In this document: one piece after another, positions 11,648-26,720 of the stretch
Position numbering within the stretch: position 1 is the first letter of the stretch
How the letters are laid out: the number at the start of each line of letters is the position of its first letter
Program-made: the position numbers and the translations under genes
The notes under the pieces: model-generated
The model's input: the letters and a program-made list of their open reading frames with translations, nothing else
Databases searched by the model: none
What the model was told of the DNA's origin: nothing
From: Octopus vulgaris
Taxonomy: Eukaryota
Assembly (NCBI GenBank): GCA_951406725.2
Contig: OX597817.1
Location: 34,906,001-34,970,000 of the forward strand
Direction: 5' to 3'
Length of the DNA: 64,000 nucleotides

Positions 11648-14600
11648 ATAGGCGTAGAAGTGGCTGTGTGGTAAGTAGCTTGCTTACCAACCACAGAGTT
11701 CCGGGTTCAGTCCCACTGCGTGGCACCTTCGGGAAAGATCTTCTATTATAGCCTCGGGCTGACCAAGGCCTTGTGAATGGATTTTGTAGACGGAAACTGA
11801 AAGAAGCCCGTCGTATATATGTATATATGTGTGTGTGTCTGTCTCCCCACCTCGGCAACAACATCGCTTGACATGCGATGCTGGTGTGTTTACGTCCCCC
11901 GTAACTTAGCGGTTCGGCAAAAAGAAACCGATAGAATAAGTACTAGGCTTACAAAGAATAAGTCCTGAGGTCGATTTGCTCAACTAAAAGGTGGTGCTCC
12001 AACATGACAAACAAAAGAATAAAAGTATATATTATAAATAATGTAATATATAATATATAACATATATTATATATATATATATAACGTATTTCGTTTTTGA
12101 ATTTGGTTTGCAAGATTCTTTATTTAAATTCGTGAGTTGAAGCATATATAACATATATTTTGTTATATTACTTGTGTGTGGTAGATAATATATATATAAC
12201 ATATATTATATACACACACACACATATATATGAGAGAGAGAGAGGGGGTACTTGGAATGAAACTTTTTTTATCGGCTAGTATAGTAAGGTAAGGGAGATA
12301 ACTCTTCGTTTGCCGTAAGAAATAAGTTTCATGATCGCGTTAAAAAAATTATATTACAAAAACCAAGTGAACTAATGTTAGATGAAACTAACATTTTACG
12401 ACAATTGTTAGAAAAAAAGTTTTCCTTTAAATCCCTCTTCGAAACATTTCCACAGAATTTCTAAACGCATACTTTTCTGATGACGATGGACCATTTTGCC
12501 TGAAATGTATAAAGCTTTTCCAACTTACCTCTTTCATTGAAAGAAGAGATTTCTTTTTACTAATTATCCCTGATGCTGTATTAAATACCCCAATTTGTTA
12601 GATGGGAGACTACTCTGCATAATACTTTTACATAATGTTCTGCATATAGGTGTAGTTACATAGCCTTATCTTGGATAGTCTTAATATTTGCCGGGTTATA
12701 GGAATATGTTAATTTCTTTCATTACTGGGTTATTCTTTGAAGAAAACAAGCTATTTGAATAAATCGCTTTCTTTTTCTTTCTTATTGACATGTCACAGGC
12801 TGGAACAAAATATCATATCCTGCTTACACAATAGAACACTCTATTAAAGCAGGCCTTGATTTGTTTTATCAAATATAAATAATGAAGTCAACAATTGAAA
12901 TGTGAACACAGAAGTAAAGCATCCAGCCACCCAATCTTAGTCATTGCCCCTATGTACATATCAAATATCTAAAATCAATAGGAAATAAATTGTCTTTTCA
13001 AATTTTCTTAAGGGCTTAGTCTGTGAGGAAAAAAAAGGGAAGCAGTCCCTTCATGACAGTTGGGAAATAAAAGTTTTCTTCTGACTGGACACCTGGTCCA
13101 AATGCTTGTAAAAGAATGAGCTTAAAATTTACTTCCCAATAACAGATGTAGTCAGATAAGCTTCCAGAATTTCCATCAACCTAATTTCACTCTAGGTCTG
13201 AGTTGATTGGAGGGTATAGCAGAAGATACTCAACTGAAGGCTATGCAATAGTGAGGAATCGAACCAGGAGTTCCTGCAAACCAAGAACTTCCCGAATGTA
13301 ACCATGCAGACATGCCTGTACCTTCATTTATAAGATAAAATAAACCTTTTCTTTCAACAATGCCAAGTATTTTAATCAGCCTCGCAATTATATATTAGGA
13401 GAAATAGAACTGCAATAATCATATTTCATCCATATTAGAGACATACACAAAGTAAAATGGTTCCAGCTGAGAATAAAGTGTATTTCTTAGATTAGACATG
13501 CCTTTATGTTGCAAACTACTTTGTCATTAAACAAATAAACACACTAAGCTGTTGAAAATAACAGCCAAATCTCCCTCAAATTACACCTTTTAAAAAATTA
13601 GAACACATAAGATAATTGCAATTTTAGATATCACTAAAGCAAGGTATTTACTCGTTGAAAGCCTTTTAATCATAGGTGATTGACCAAGGTTGATCTAAGA
13701 TTAAACAGGAATATTCATACAAATGAATCTAATATGTCAATTTGCAGAAACAAATATAGAGTGAAATTATTTGAATTAAGAAAATTAGAAAGGTTGAAAA
13801 ATAACTTTTTTAATAAACAGTTATATCATGAAAGAACCATTTTAACTATTTAAGAAAACACTAAAACTGTTTTATGTTCTTTTCACTTCTTAGTGTCCAA
13901 AGTTTTGCTGTACTTCTGTGAATGGAATTCTCAGTGACAAGGTTACAGAAGTGTGACGAAAATTTTCACTCCTCAAAAAAACAAATAATATAGTCCTTGT
14001 GTTCCTAAACGGTTATTCCATAATTAATTGCTTCAGTTTCAACACAATTTCATATATAGCCACTCATCAAAAAAGCTCAACTCCAAAAGAAGTAATAAAA
14101 ATATTAGTAAAGTAACAAAAAATAATTTTTTCAAATTAAAAACTTTTTTATTTATTTATTTTAAAATATATATTTTATTTTTCCAATTCTTCGACATTAC
14201 AATTTCATTTTTTTAAATTAAAAAGAAATCAGCTGATGGGTTTTCAAAGATATAAAGCTTATGGTGAAAATGTCAAAATGGACATAGTTTTAAGAGTTTA
14301 TACAATTTACTTAAAAGAGGAATTTTTATAAACTACTGAATCAGATTAAAAGTATAGAGTGTTATTAACAATCTTATATATTAATTAGTTCTAGTGAATA
14401 TAATTATGGTTTAAATAAAGAACTTGCATAAAAATGGTGGAGAATTACATATTTATCAAATTAACTCTCAGTCCACCTGACATGATTCCTTATGGCAATA
14501 ACAGTAGCTAATGTACATTTCTTTATTTAAGAAAACAAAACTGGCAAGAGGAAATTTCAACACACAGACACAAACACATTCTCTCACAAACACTGAACTG

Positions 14601-15039
14601 AGTCTTTGGAAGAGATCACATTCAATGGTCCAATCCACGTTGAAGTAAATAGGTAACATTAAGAATTGTTTCTTTCGATTGTAATACAGAGTTGAATCCT
14701 TCTATGAGCAAAAACCTGTGATAAAAGCCGAGTTCCTATTTGTAAGGAAATGTCTCACAGTACTTTGACAGTTGATCCAAACTCAAGTACACTTCACCTA
14801 CAGCTCATTATGTCCTCGACAAAATGAACTATACAAATATATGTGATGAAAGATCCTCTTCAAATTAGTTTCATTTAATAATACTTCACCCCCTCCACAT
14901 CAGTATCTCAGACAATCCATCCATTGGCTGTGATAATGAGTTGAGAAAAAGATGACTGAATGTCTTCATTTGCCATACATCTGGCCCTTACCATTTTAAC
15001 ACACACGTTCTAAATAAAATCTATAGTTAGAACAGCTTA

Positions 15040-15045
15040 TTTATT
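15040..15045 (-). terminator. Candidate polyadenylation signal of AIMP2
   Basis: AATAAA on the minus strand about 130 nt after the stop codon. Confidence 0.5.
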
Positions 15046-15172
15046 GTTAAATATGTTAAAAGCTGAAAAGTTAAAACAACATTTTTCTTTAATAGAAAAA
15101 CCTATATCATCATCATCTCAATATAAAAGTTGATTGGAAACCATCAGTTTAAGTCTAGCAAAAGCTTTGACT

Positions 15173-15573
15173 TCAGAGTTGTGATAATACTTTATTAACA
15201 AAACTGAACATGGGATGACTCGCACAAGTTTTCATCCAAACTTCAACATTTGGTGAAACAAGTTTAGCAAGCTTGTTTTTCTGGATACCAGACCAAGAAA
15301 CAATATCAGCTAAAGACAAGTCATGACCAACCAACCACTTTCTCTTTGACAGTGTTGAGTCTAGATCTTTTATCATTTCATTTTTTTGTTCAGCATTACC
15401 ATTATAAAGTAATAAACTGGCTTTATCTACCCAAGCATCTATCAGCGTTGACTGAACAGGATCTTTATCATATGAGGGGTTTATCAACCTAGAAAAATAT
15501 CGAGCAACATTCACTTCTCCATAGATAAAGGTTTGTTTCTCAGGATTGACCATCAGCGAACATCCTTGACGAA
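15173..15573 (-). CDS. AIMP2: AIMP2 coding exon 4 (GST-C-like domain) to stop
   Basis: IYGEVNVARYFSRL...TLIDAWVDKA...LDSTLSKRKWLVGHDLSLADIVSWS is a GST-C-like AIMP2 signature. Acceptor ttttactttcAG completes the phase-1 codon G|TT; TGA at 15175-15173. Confidence 0.92.
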
Positions 15574-17031
15574 CTGAAAGTAAAAATTAATAGAAAATGA
15601 AATTACAAATTAAATAATAATTTGATTTTCAATGAAAATGACAATTTGACAATGTGAATGAAAAGAAACCCAAATTTTACAATGTTTGAGAAACAAATAT
15701 TAAAAAAATAACCATTAATAAATAGCCAGTTAACCCCCGTAAAGCTGATCTCTCGTTTTCTATTTATATTATTTTTAGTCTTTCGCCAGTTCAATATCCA
15801 TGATTTATCCAGTGTTTATCATGATCTATTCTGATTATCTTGATTGACTTGGTGGTAAGTACTAATCTAATTGAGAAGTAAACACTTATTTGGCAGAAGT
15901 TATGCACAACACACCAACTAGTAAAGTTTTCTTCAACATCAAACAAGCCAAAATTTTCTGAGTACTTGGCAAAAGCGATCCATCTAAACATGGAATAATT
16001 TCGGGTGAATCAGCTTAAATCTTCAGCATTCACATGGTAACATTTTTTTACTGTATTAGAACAGAAGATTATGAATGTAGATATTACAGATGAGCTCTTT
16101 AATATGTAATCATAAATTCAAGGTGGTTAGAAATAAAAAGTAGCTTATGGGATTTTTGTATATCAGAAGCTAATGTCCAATGTAGTATATGATATGAGCA
16201 ATATACCTGCTATTTCTAACAAGTAACAACTACATAAAGGCACTTTTATGTCAGTGCTTAATCTCCAGAACCTATGATCAAAGGCATTCCAGACATGATC
16301 ATCTCTTATTATATCTTTGTTTTAGTATATCTAGGACTATATAATTTAATGTGTCCTTATTTTCTTTAATAAAAGTAGGATATGATTTAAAGGAGATTTA
16401 TAACAAGCTAAGCAACCTACCCATCGATTTAACACAGAAATTACAAATCCCAGCACCCTATTATGTTGTACCTACAGGTAAATAATTCTAATTCTTTCAG
16501 TTTACAGAAGTGATAGCAAGTTCTAATGCTATAAGTGAGTAGTAAAAGAAATTCAGCCAAATCTTTGAAGCTGCAAACTTTAAATTACAACCACCATCCT
16601 ACCAATAAAACAAAGAAAGATTTATAGGAAACAGTTTTTTAAAAAATGGCAAATAAATAGTGCAGGCATGGCTGTGTGGTTGAGCTCACTTTGCAATCAC
16701 ACAATTTCAGGTTCAGTTCCACTGCACAAAAATACCTTGTGAGTAAACTTGGTAGATGGAAACTGTGTGGAAGCCCACCATGTATATGTATGTGTGTGTG
16801 AGTATGCGTGTCTTTGTATTTGTCCAACAACACTACTTGACAACCAGTGTTGATTTGTATATCTACCAGTAACTTAGCAGTTTGGCAGAAGACACCAATA
16901 GAATAAGTACCAAACTCATAAATATGTACCAGGATCAATTTGTTCTTCAAAAACCCTTCAAGACAGTCAAATGACTGAAACATGTAAAAGACAAAAGACA
17001 AATAGAAAAGTAGTTCTAATGGTTCTTTTAC

Positions 17032-17275
17032 CATTTTTGTAAATAATTGTGAGCAGCAGATCGTTTGACAGCCGACTGTCTTCCGGTTTCTTCAAAGGTG
17101 AGGCAAAGTCAAATAAATTACGTAATTTTGGTGAAGGTTTCTTCTCAACAGAAGAATGAACATATATAGTAGGCTTCACTTTCAAACTTCGTGAGAGTTC
17201 TTGATATAGAATAAGTACAGACAACGGGACTGAATTCGGGTCAACACCAATCACTAAATCTTGAAATTTAACATT
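17032..17275 (-). CDS. AIMP2: AIMP2 coding exon 3 (thioredoxin-like / GST-N domain)
   Basis: NVKFQDLVIGVDPNSVPLSVLILYQEL...YVHSSV...LTIIYKN matches the AIMP2 pattern DIVINANPxxPPLSLLVL...HTHSSV...TLIWKN. Acceptor ttttattctacAG, donor AATG|GTAAAA; phase 0/1. Confidence 0.9.
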
Positions 17276-17550
17276 CTGTAGAATAAAATAAAAAACAAAT
17301 TATATAAATACAAGAAAAAGAAATCACAGATCATTATTTAGTTTATTATTCTGTAGTTATTAGGTTATCCTTTTGTAACCATAATTCAAATGAAAAATAA
17401 AACGTGAGGCATTTTCAGCCATAGGAAAATATTACCCTGCTTGGTAACAAGTGAAGGTTGGTGACAGGAAGAGCATGTGGCCACAGAAAATCTATTTCAA
17501 CGATTTTCATCTGACCCATGAAAGTATGAAAAAAATGGGCATTATAAGAA

Positions 17551-17940
17551 TGATCATCATCATTTAACGTTCGCTTTTCATGCTAGCATGGGTTGGACGA
17601 TTTGACTGAAGACTGGTGAACCAGATGGCTGTGCCAGGCACCAATCTGATCTGGTAGAGTTTCTACAGCTGGATGCCCTTCCTAACGCCAACCACTCCAA
17701 AAGTGTAGTGGGTGCTTTTACGTGCCACTGGCACGAGGGCCAGTCTGGTGGTATTGGCAATGGCCACACTCAAAATGGTGTTTTTTACGTGCCACCTGCA
17801 CAGGAGTCAGTCCATCGGCACTGGCAACGAACTCGCTCAAATGTTTTGTTCATGTGCCACCAGCACAAGTGCCAGTAAGGCGATGCTGGTAACGATCACG
17901 CTCAAATGGTGCTTTTTACGTGCCACCAGCACGATGATGA
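17551..17940 (-). mobile_element. RTE LINE 3' UTR remnant
   Basis: Ends in CCAACCCATGCTAGCATG...GTTAAA(TGA)n, the same terminus as the RT-bearing copy at 49200-51123. Similar ends at about 21650-21820, 22872-23385, 29745-29840, 30375-30828, 34930-35210, 57460-57880 and 59160-59470. Confidence 0.75.
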
Positions 17941-18959
17941 TGGTCATAATGAGGTGTGTGTGTTTCCATGCATCTTTGCATCAACCCTGCTTGGGCAACA
18001 GTGACATTCATTTCCTGCATAATCAACATGTCTGGCAGCTTGATAGTTCAACAAAGATGTGGAATAAAGAATCTTACTTGAAAAGAAAGTAAATGTTAAC
18101 ACCAAGAAAGATATCCATCCCTAGAATACTACTTGAAGAGGCTTCATCCAACACATGCCAACAGAGAAAAAGCAGACCAAAGAGCAATGATGATGACAAT
18201 GATCAGAAAAGCCCTTATGTGAAGTTATCATTGCATGTTTTCCTTCACAGAAACAGAGGTCATACGTTGATAAGGCATCAATTTTTTTTCTGTTTCCTTT
18301 TTCTCATATCCATATATAAAGAGAGAAGAGAAAGATAAGTGATTGGTGTATGGTTAAAGATCAATGCTCTACTACTTCATTCTTTTTATGTCCAGTTTTT
18401 CCTTGCAAGCATGAGTTAAATGAAAATGTAATGTGATGGGTGCAATGCTTTACAGCTCAATGCCCTTCCTTACACTAACCCTAAATAGTTTTAGAGATCA
18501 CTTATTCTACAGTTTCAAAGGCATGAAGTGCCCAGACAATTTGCTGACAGGAGAAACTGACAACACCACACGCCACAAACTACAATTTGGCACAAATAAC
18601 TGCAGATCTAAACACATGCATGCATGCACACACACAACAGTTTTCTCTCTGTTTCTGTCTACCAAAACCAGTTACAAGGCTTTTAAAGGTGCTCTACAGC
18701 AGGACTGAACCTAAAACATGGCTGAAAAATAAACTTCTCAACCACACAGCCATGTCTGTTAACACAGAAACCATCTCCAGAATGAGATAATTTTATTTTC
18801 CTCAGTCAACTCATTTCAAAGATTAATCATTAAACAAAGAATACCATTGCAAAACTTAGTTCTAACATTTCACACAAATAGTATCCATGACAATGTTTTG
18901 TAGCTTTTTTTTTTATATAGAAAAGAGACATCAAAGAGCCAAATTGAAACTGTACTTAC

Positions 18960-19103
18960 ATCTAGAACAGGGCCCAATGTCTGACTGCTCTCCTGGCATT
19001 CACTTCCACATGACATTTTATCTAATTCATCTTGTATTCTTTTGAGTCGAGCAAAGATAGCAGCTTGTTGCCTCTCAAGATCAGAAATTGGGTTATTTAG
19101 TGT
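18960..19103 (-). CDS. AIMP2: AIMP2 coding exon 2 (coiled coil / leucine zipper)
   Basis: TLNNPISDLERQQAAIFARLKRIQDELDKM resembles the AIMP2 zipper (LExRQxxILxRL). Pyrimidine tract + AAG acceptor, GAT|GTAAGT donor; 144 nt, phase 0/0. Confidence 0.85.
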
Positions 19104-22100
19104 CTTCATGTAGAAAAAGAAAGAAAATATAACAGAAATAAATCAAAACTAAGAAAGCATCTGAAAGTTAAGTCCAGAATCAATATAAAGGATAACTAAA
19201 ATAAACAACTCTTTTTCTATTAATTCTTACACTTCAATATTTCTGAGTAATATCACAAAAACAAAGTTGGAGGAGATGGACAAAAAGTGTACAATTGCCA
19301 TCCAGAATGTTGATCACCTTCTTGTAATTTGTGTAGTTTATAACCCCAGGTCCAATATGATTAACCGATCAACCATATCTATGATCAAAAGCATTCCAAA
19401 TATGACCATCTTTATACCTGACAGTATTTCCATAACCATAACCACTGTTTTCTTCTTTTTTTTTTTCAAAGCCAATAGAATGTATTTGAAGATTTGACTC
19501 CTCTTTCTGGTAGGTTGAATACTACGTAGAGGCTCCCTCATATTGTGCTTATACTCTGTCCACCACTTAATGCTTATGACTTTTCATTCAACCAAGCTGC
19601 AAATAAACATGATAGTAACTTCCTCACTATGTAGGAGAATACTACAAAAATTAACACATATTTTCTTAGCTTTAAGTATTTCTTCTCCATTATCGATATT
19701 GAAGTCCTGATTAAGGGTTGTAGGTGATGAGTGTTGAGAAATGGTAATGGTAAATTCCATATTAAATTCATCCCACAAAGGTATTTACGACCAAGCAGAT
19801 ATATTACTCAACTGCAACTAATTCCATGATAATAGTTTACAAGACTGATCTCACTTTGAGTCTCATAAGTAAATGAAATTTTTAGAAACACATTAGAACA
19901 AGTAAACTGGAGTAGTTTCCCTTTGCCTGCACCAAGTAGCCATAAGCCCCTAATATTTTACAGGGGAGGGGGGGAATATGGGTATGAAACAAGCCATAAA
20001 TAATGAGATCATTTGTGATATAAATGAAGTAAAATTAACTTTAACAGATTATCAAAACTGGGATACTGACAGTTTATCGAGTATGCTTTCTAATCCATAG
20101 CATCTTTTAAAATGGGGTAAAGATTAAACTTATGAACTTCCATTACAACATAGTGTCTCCATGCACTTATACACTGCCCTTGTTTCAAATCAATTTGAAA
20201 AATAATGAAAAATTTAGTAAAATAATTTTGTGTTTCTCAATCTGATGTCAGGAACATAAATTGACATTACATTTTGAAGGAATTTTTTTGATTTAGATTA
20301 CTTTGAACCTGAGAATTTGTATTATAGAACCAGAAGTAGTCTCAGGCAGATTGATATTAAGAGGGTTAAGCGAATTTTACTGTTGTTTTTACACAAAAAT
20401 CTTAGGTCAGTTTTGCATTCTTAGAGAAAACATCACAAGGATATACATGTATATGTTTGAATGTATGCACACACAACAGAGAGGGTGTTGCAGGCAGAGT
20501 GGTTGGTATCTTTCTCAACTGTGTCCTAAAGCTGGTGAAGTTGTAGAAATTCTGCAACAACCACTTCTGACTTTTATTGGAGTTGTGGCAAATAGCCGAA
20601 TCCTGCTGCCACACATATGAAACCATTCAACAAAAGCTAACGCCCTTCTTGATCACAAACATTTTCATTTTATTTTCCCTTTTTATCCACCACAATTTGC
20701 TAGAGATTATCTTTAATACTTTTCTTTCAATAAGTGAAAAACATCTCTTTACCTGGACAGACTAACAGCAATCTACCACAAACTAAACATTCCAGGATAA
20801 CAAAACTAAATAAACTATTATCTGTGCTATTTACTTCAGTCAGCTGTACTTAATACAGCTGGTCCATCTCAGTACTATCATCACTATTTTGCTCAAGTAG
20901 GGACAAGTGTGGAATATCAACATTCATCAACATTTATATACATGTACATCATTTTAATGCCCACTTTTCCATACTTGCAGGAATCAGAATAAATTTGCTG
21001 AGGTAGATTTTTTTATGGAGGATACCCATCCTGTTGCAAACCTCATACTTTTCTAAACAAAGCAGTATTTAACCGTAGCTGGACTTGTTTTCACAGAAGA
21101 TTGGAAGTGTGTGACAGTACTTATATGATGGTGATGCACATTTACAACAATAACGCACAAAACAATTTTCTTTCAATTCTGTTAATTAAATCCACTCACA
21201 AGGCTTCAGTTGGCCGAAGGCTATGGTAGACGACTCTTGTCCAAAATTCCCTGAAGTAAGACAGAACCTAAAACTGAATGGTTTGGGAAGCAAATTTCTT
21301 CACTAAACAGCCATAGGTTTTCTGCAGTTTCCATCTACCAAATTCATTCACAAAGTATTGGTCAACCTGAGGCTATAATTGAAGACGCTTACCCAAGGTG
21401 CCATGCAATGGGACTGAACCTGAACACCATTAAGTTTCAAAGAAAACTTCTTAACCACACAGCCATGCCTGTGCCATAGTATTAACATATTTAATGAATG
21501 AAAGATTACAAATAATATAAACAATTTCAAGAGAATCTTTGTAGTTGGAACCAGTGAACTTTGGTCAAAAGTTCAATACTCTAACTACAGTGCCACAACA
21601 ACAAACATCATGTTTGTGTGTCTGTGTGTACATACACAGGTACTCATCATTTACATCATTTAATGTCAGTCTTCCATGTTGGCATGGGTTGGTTTGACAG
21701 GATCTGGTAAACCAGGGGACAGCACCAAGCTACGCCAACTGCTTTGGCATGGTTTTTACAGCTGGATGCACTTTCTGATGACAACCATTTTACACACTGG
21801 ACTGGATACTTTTTACATGACTATATATAGGCCGTGGGGCATCCTTGTTAATGCCTCATTTATACCTGCCTTTATGGCTTAGAGGTTAAATGAGGTATGA
21901 CTGCCCTCACTGCCGAAACAGCTGTCAGTTTTGATTTAATTGCATATTATATTTGAAATTTTTTACTTATATCTCTTTATCTTTTTTACTATTACTGTAT
22001 ATCTCATTTTGTATAATGCCTTTACTCATATGTAATGGTGTATTAAAGTATGGATTGGGTATCATCGGATAGTTGATGTTTTATTGATTTAAGTATGTTT

Positions 22101-22122
22101 CTCCATTCTCTAATTTTGTAGT

Positions 22123-22160
<38 letters not shown>

Positions 22161-22261
22161 TTACCTGTTATGCAAATACTCATAATTAGAATAAACATGC
22201 TACTGAAACATGTGTGTAGTGATGCCCTGAAATATACAATAGTTTATTCTTGTTTACTCTG

Positions 22262-22358
<97 letters not shown>

Positions 22359-22616
22359 TCTTTATTACCCACAAAGGGCTAAACACAGAAAGGACAAACA
22401 AGGACAGACAAAGGGATTTAGTCGATTATATCGACCCCAGTGCGTAACTGGTACTTATTTAATCGACCCCGAAAGGATGAAAGGCAAAGTCAACCTCGGC
22501 AGAATTTGAACTCAGAACATAACGGCAGACGAAATACGGCAACGCATTTCGCCCGGCGTGCTAACATTTCTGCCAGCTCTCTCTCTATATATATATATAT
22601 GCATGTGTGTGTGTGT

Positions 22617-22871
22617 GTTGGGTTTTCCCATAATTAATGCGATTTTTTTCAATTGCATGAACTGAAAGTTGGAAGGGGAATGGGATAAACTACCTGCATC
22701 AACTTGCTATAAAAGCAGGTAGTAATTTTACCATGTCCTTATTCTAAGTGCAAGTTTTGAAGAGTGTAGTTCGATTTTAACCATTATTTTTTCAAAGCTA
22801 TAATGGAAGTGACAAAGGAGCATATTTGGCATATTTTGCTTTATGAGTTCGATAAAGGCAACAATGCAACA
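22617..22871 (+). mobile_element. Mariner 5' remnant
   Basis: TTGGGTT.. TIR-like start; ATG at 22803 gives MEVTKEHIWHILLYEFDKGNNAT, a typical mariner transposase N-terminus. Truncated by an RTE fragment. Confidence 0.65.
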
Positions 22872-24375
22872 TGGGAAGAAGTGGTGAAGCTTGATCTACA
22901 AACACTGGGTCTCACAGAGGCAATGATTAGTGACTGAGACTTTTGGTGATATGCCATGCTTGAGAAGACCTGTCGAACCAAATGAAATCATTGTTGTGGT
23001 TGATGTTGGTGTCATGTATGTGGCACCTGTGCTGGTGGCATGTAAAAACCACCTATCAAGCGTTGGGCCTCATGGAGACAATGCAGCTGATGCTGGTATT
23101 ATGTAAGCAGCATCTGTGATGGTGGTACATAAAAAGCACCTTTCAAGCATTGGGCCTCACGGAGGCAATGAAATCGTAGTCATGGCAGATACTGGTGTCA
23201 CGCAACTGGTACCCATACCGGTGGCATATAAAAGCACCCATTACACTCTCGGAGTGGTTGGCATTAAGAAGGGCATTAGAAAACATGCCAAATCAGACTG
23301 GTTTCAGGCACAGCCCCCTCGGCTTCCCAGCCCTAGTCAAACTGTCCAATGCATGGACAATGGATGTTAAATGTTGATGATAATGATATAATAAGTTTGT
23401 GTTTTGAAACTGATTTAGTATAAGGAAGTAAAAGCTTCCAGAGTTATTTGAAGGTTGTTCCTCTTGTGGTACATAGGGATGATAGCCAAGAAGCTAGAAA
23501 TGCATTCACCATAGAGGGTAACCATGAAATGACTGTTGGTGTTTTAACACCTACTGCCTAAGGCAAGAATTGTTCTCAATGGCAACCAGCAAGAACTGTT
23601 CTCAACAGTAAATAGACTCTCGCTTGTAAGAAAAAGCAAGCAGAAAAATGACAATAAAATATAATCACTCAGTAAAAAAAAAAAATGAAGCATCCCATTT
23701 CATGTTGCTCTGTAATAACTTCAACAGTTAGCATGATACACCGTGTACTGGCAATGTCGATTTGATGGAGAGTGAGGTCATGTATGGCACAAACATTTGA
23801 TCACTATAAACAAAGCATTTGTGCAAGTTGTTCGGCAAGACATTGCAAAACCCTCATCTGTCATTTATGACAGGAAAGAGAATCCAGTTCATCAAATGAG
23901 AGTACTCAGTATTAAAACAGATCACTCATAATATATGACACAATATTTTTCCGTAGGCATGAAAGAGAATTGGTGCCAAGTTTCCCTGTACTTTAAAGCT
24001 GGCAAGTTTTAGGTTTCATAAGGATCACCAAATCACATCTTACCCAGTCAACCATTAAAATGACAGTGGTATGAAATCAAGATATTCCTCAAACCAGAAT
24101 GGAGTATGACTTGCTGGAATGTGGAATGCTGAATGACAGTGTGATTAAGAATTTTACAATCACATAGCTTTGGGTTTTTTGCATATGAGACTACAGTTTT
24201 ATCTTCCATTTTCCTTACTAGCCATGGGAACCTTGCAATGTCATGATACTGTCTACTCAGACTTAAGTCATATAAAAAAAAATGTACCGAGTTTGTTTAA
24301 ATTGTTTGCTTTATTTTGGTCTGATGGTGATGGAATTATAAATCTCTGAGCAAGATATAAACAGTAGCTGCAATA

Positions 24376-24642
24376 CATTGTGAAGTAAGTATGTCACTTA
24401 AATGTGGCTAACCCCTAAGGGTGGATGCTACTGTTGCTTGTAGCCCCAGGAGGACACCTCCTCCAGCTGGCTATTGACATAGGTTGAAGACGGGAAGGAT
24501 GGCTTCCTTTTGCAAATACTGATAGGGCACAGAAAGTGTATTAATAGCCAGCTGGAGGAGGTGTCCTCCTGGGGCTACAAGCTACAATAGCATCCACCCT
24601 TAAGGGTTAGCCACATTTAAGTGGTAAATATACTTCACAGTG
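24376..24642. mobile_element. MITE with about 105-bp TIRs (CAC/TTG termini)
   Basis: CATTGTGAAGTA...CCAGCTGGCTATT is inverted against AATAGCCAGCTGG...TACTTCACAGTG, with a spacer of about 60 bp. Confidence 0.75.
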
Positions 24643-25898
24643 ATGGAATCAAGGCAAAAGGAGAACTTTAACTATGCTATGTAAGCTAATAAAAGTCACC
24701 AATTTTACAATGTGCCCTAAGATTTTCAATGGCATATTGTACCCCGCTATGATTCATTATTAAAGCTACATAGTCTATACCAAGATAAAGCAACAAAGAA
24801 GCCTCATGTAGTTGCTGGGTCTGCTATAAATAGCAGCCAAATCTAACCCAAATAAGATTTCAACCATCTTGAGAAAAAAGAAGGACATAGATAATTTAGT
24901 ACTAGATACAATGTCCTTCCTTGAAAACAAGCTGGGATAGTCACAGTTGGAATATATCATCATATGCCTGTTCAGTCAGGCTGATCTGAAGCTAAACAAC
25001 AAATGCCTTTGTTTTGGTAACAACACAGTGCTAAGTTACCAGCCACTGATCATTAGTTTACTAATCCAGTACTATTGACATGGTCAGCTGAAACTTACTG
25101 AACATTAATAAGAACTGAAATAGTCACCAGTCTCTTTAAAAGAAGAAATATAATTAGAAAATGTTGGAAATAAAATCACTCAGCAAAAAAAAAAAGAACA
25201 ATAATGTCTTAAACAGAAAAGTTTCATTAAATTAAAAAAACAATTAATTTCCCCCCATCAAAGTCGTTAATTATCGAGAAATTAATTGAAGAAACAGACC
25301 ATTATAGAATTGGAGCAAGAAATCAGCACAAACTAGTTTAATCCTTTATATATATGTTAATTGAAAACTTATCTGCTAAAAAAAACAGTTAAGTCATATG
25401 TACACACTTTAAAAAAGTGGGGGCATAGGATAATGTAATCCTGGTGTGTGCAAAAAAAAAAATACTTAGGAAGAGGAACAGTATTGATCAGAAATCTATC
25501 CTATCACACTGAGTCAATACTAAACAACACCAACTGAAAACTTCTATTCATCTATTGACGCTTAGAGGCAGAATAACAGCTAAGTTAATAGACTACAAGT
25601 TATACAGGTAAGTTGATAGTTTATATTGTCACCTGCAGAGTGTTGAGTCCTTGGAAAATGTACTTAATTCTCAATAAACGAGGTCTTCTTAGCTGAATAA
25701 ATAACAAGCTCTGTTTATTATTGTAAGCAACAAAGCATTGTTGCATACTTAAGAATTATTACATTTGCTCCCAATTTTGAACTCAAAACCCTTTTAGGGG
25801 CTTGGAGAGGATAACAACAAACTACTCCAGTGTATTGTGCATGAATCAATACATGTAAACAAATGTTTCAATGGCACCCCATGAGCTATGGAACATTT

Positions 25899-25953
<55 letters not shown>

Positions 25954-26204
25954 CACACAGAAATATAAGAATAGTGGATAGGCAGAATCATTAAATAAAA
26001 TAAAAAGCCTTGCAGTATTCAGTTACAGCTCTTTACATTCTGAGTTCAAATCTCACTGAGGACAATTTTACCTTTCATCCCTCTAGGATCAATGAAACAA
26101 AGTATAAGTTATGTACCATAGTTGATTTAATCGACCAATACCCTGCCCCCATCCCCAACACACCAAATTTCAGATGTTATGCCAATATTAAAAAACATAT
26201 TTAA

Positions 26205-26399
26205 CCCTTTAGTATTCAGATTAGTTATTTGCATTTATTTGAATCAGTCATGCATTATCCTGTAACTTTGAGATTTCAATGACATGATTGTTTATTTCTA
26301 GAATAAAACTGTAAATATGAGAGACTGGATCTGGTCAGTTTGAACATAAAACAGGTAGAATATTTTGGCTGGGTATGGTCAGTTTAAATGCTTAAAGGG
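26205..26399. mobile_element. piggyBac-type non-autonomous element
   Basis: TTAA|CCCTTTAG ... TAAAGGG|TTAG termini. Confidence 0.55.
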
Positions 26400-26720
26400 T
26401 TAGGTAATCATTAATCACTTTTTAAAATATCCACTAAATATTTCTATATTGTTGTAACAAACCAATAACCAAAGAGAATTTCAAGGATATGAATAAAAAA
26501 CTGTTTAACAAAAGCAGCATGGTGTACAGGCTCTCTTCCTTGTGATTCTCATATAATATATGACCCACTTAAAAATAAAGGTGCATGCACTTCAATCAGT
26601 TATACAAACCAGATAGTAACAACAGCCACTATTATAGTTACTAGTAATAAAATGTATGTCAATTAAATTAAAGAGAATTATTTTGCTGTTATTGTTATTT
26701 GAGAATACCTGTACTTTTAC

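Noticed and set aside
14450-15000. Non-repetitive segment downstream of AIMP2 as a possible convergent gene exon (EIF2AK1 lies there in human)
   Set aside because: No sustained ORF or kinase motif seen; may be extended 3' UTR.
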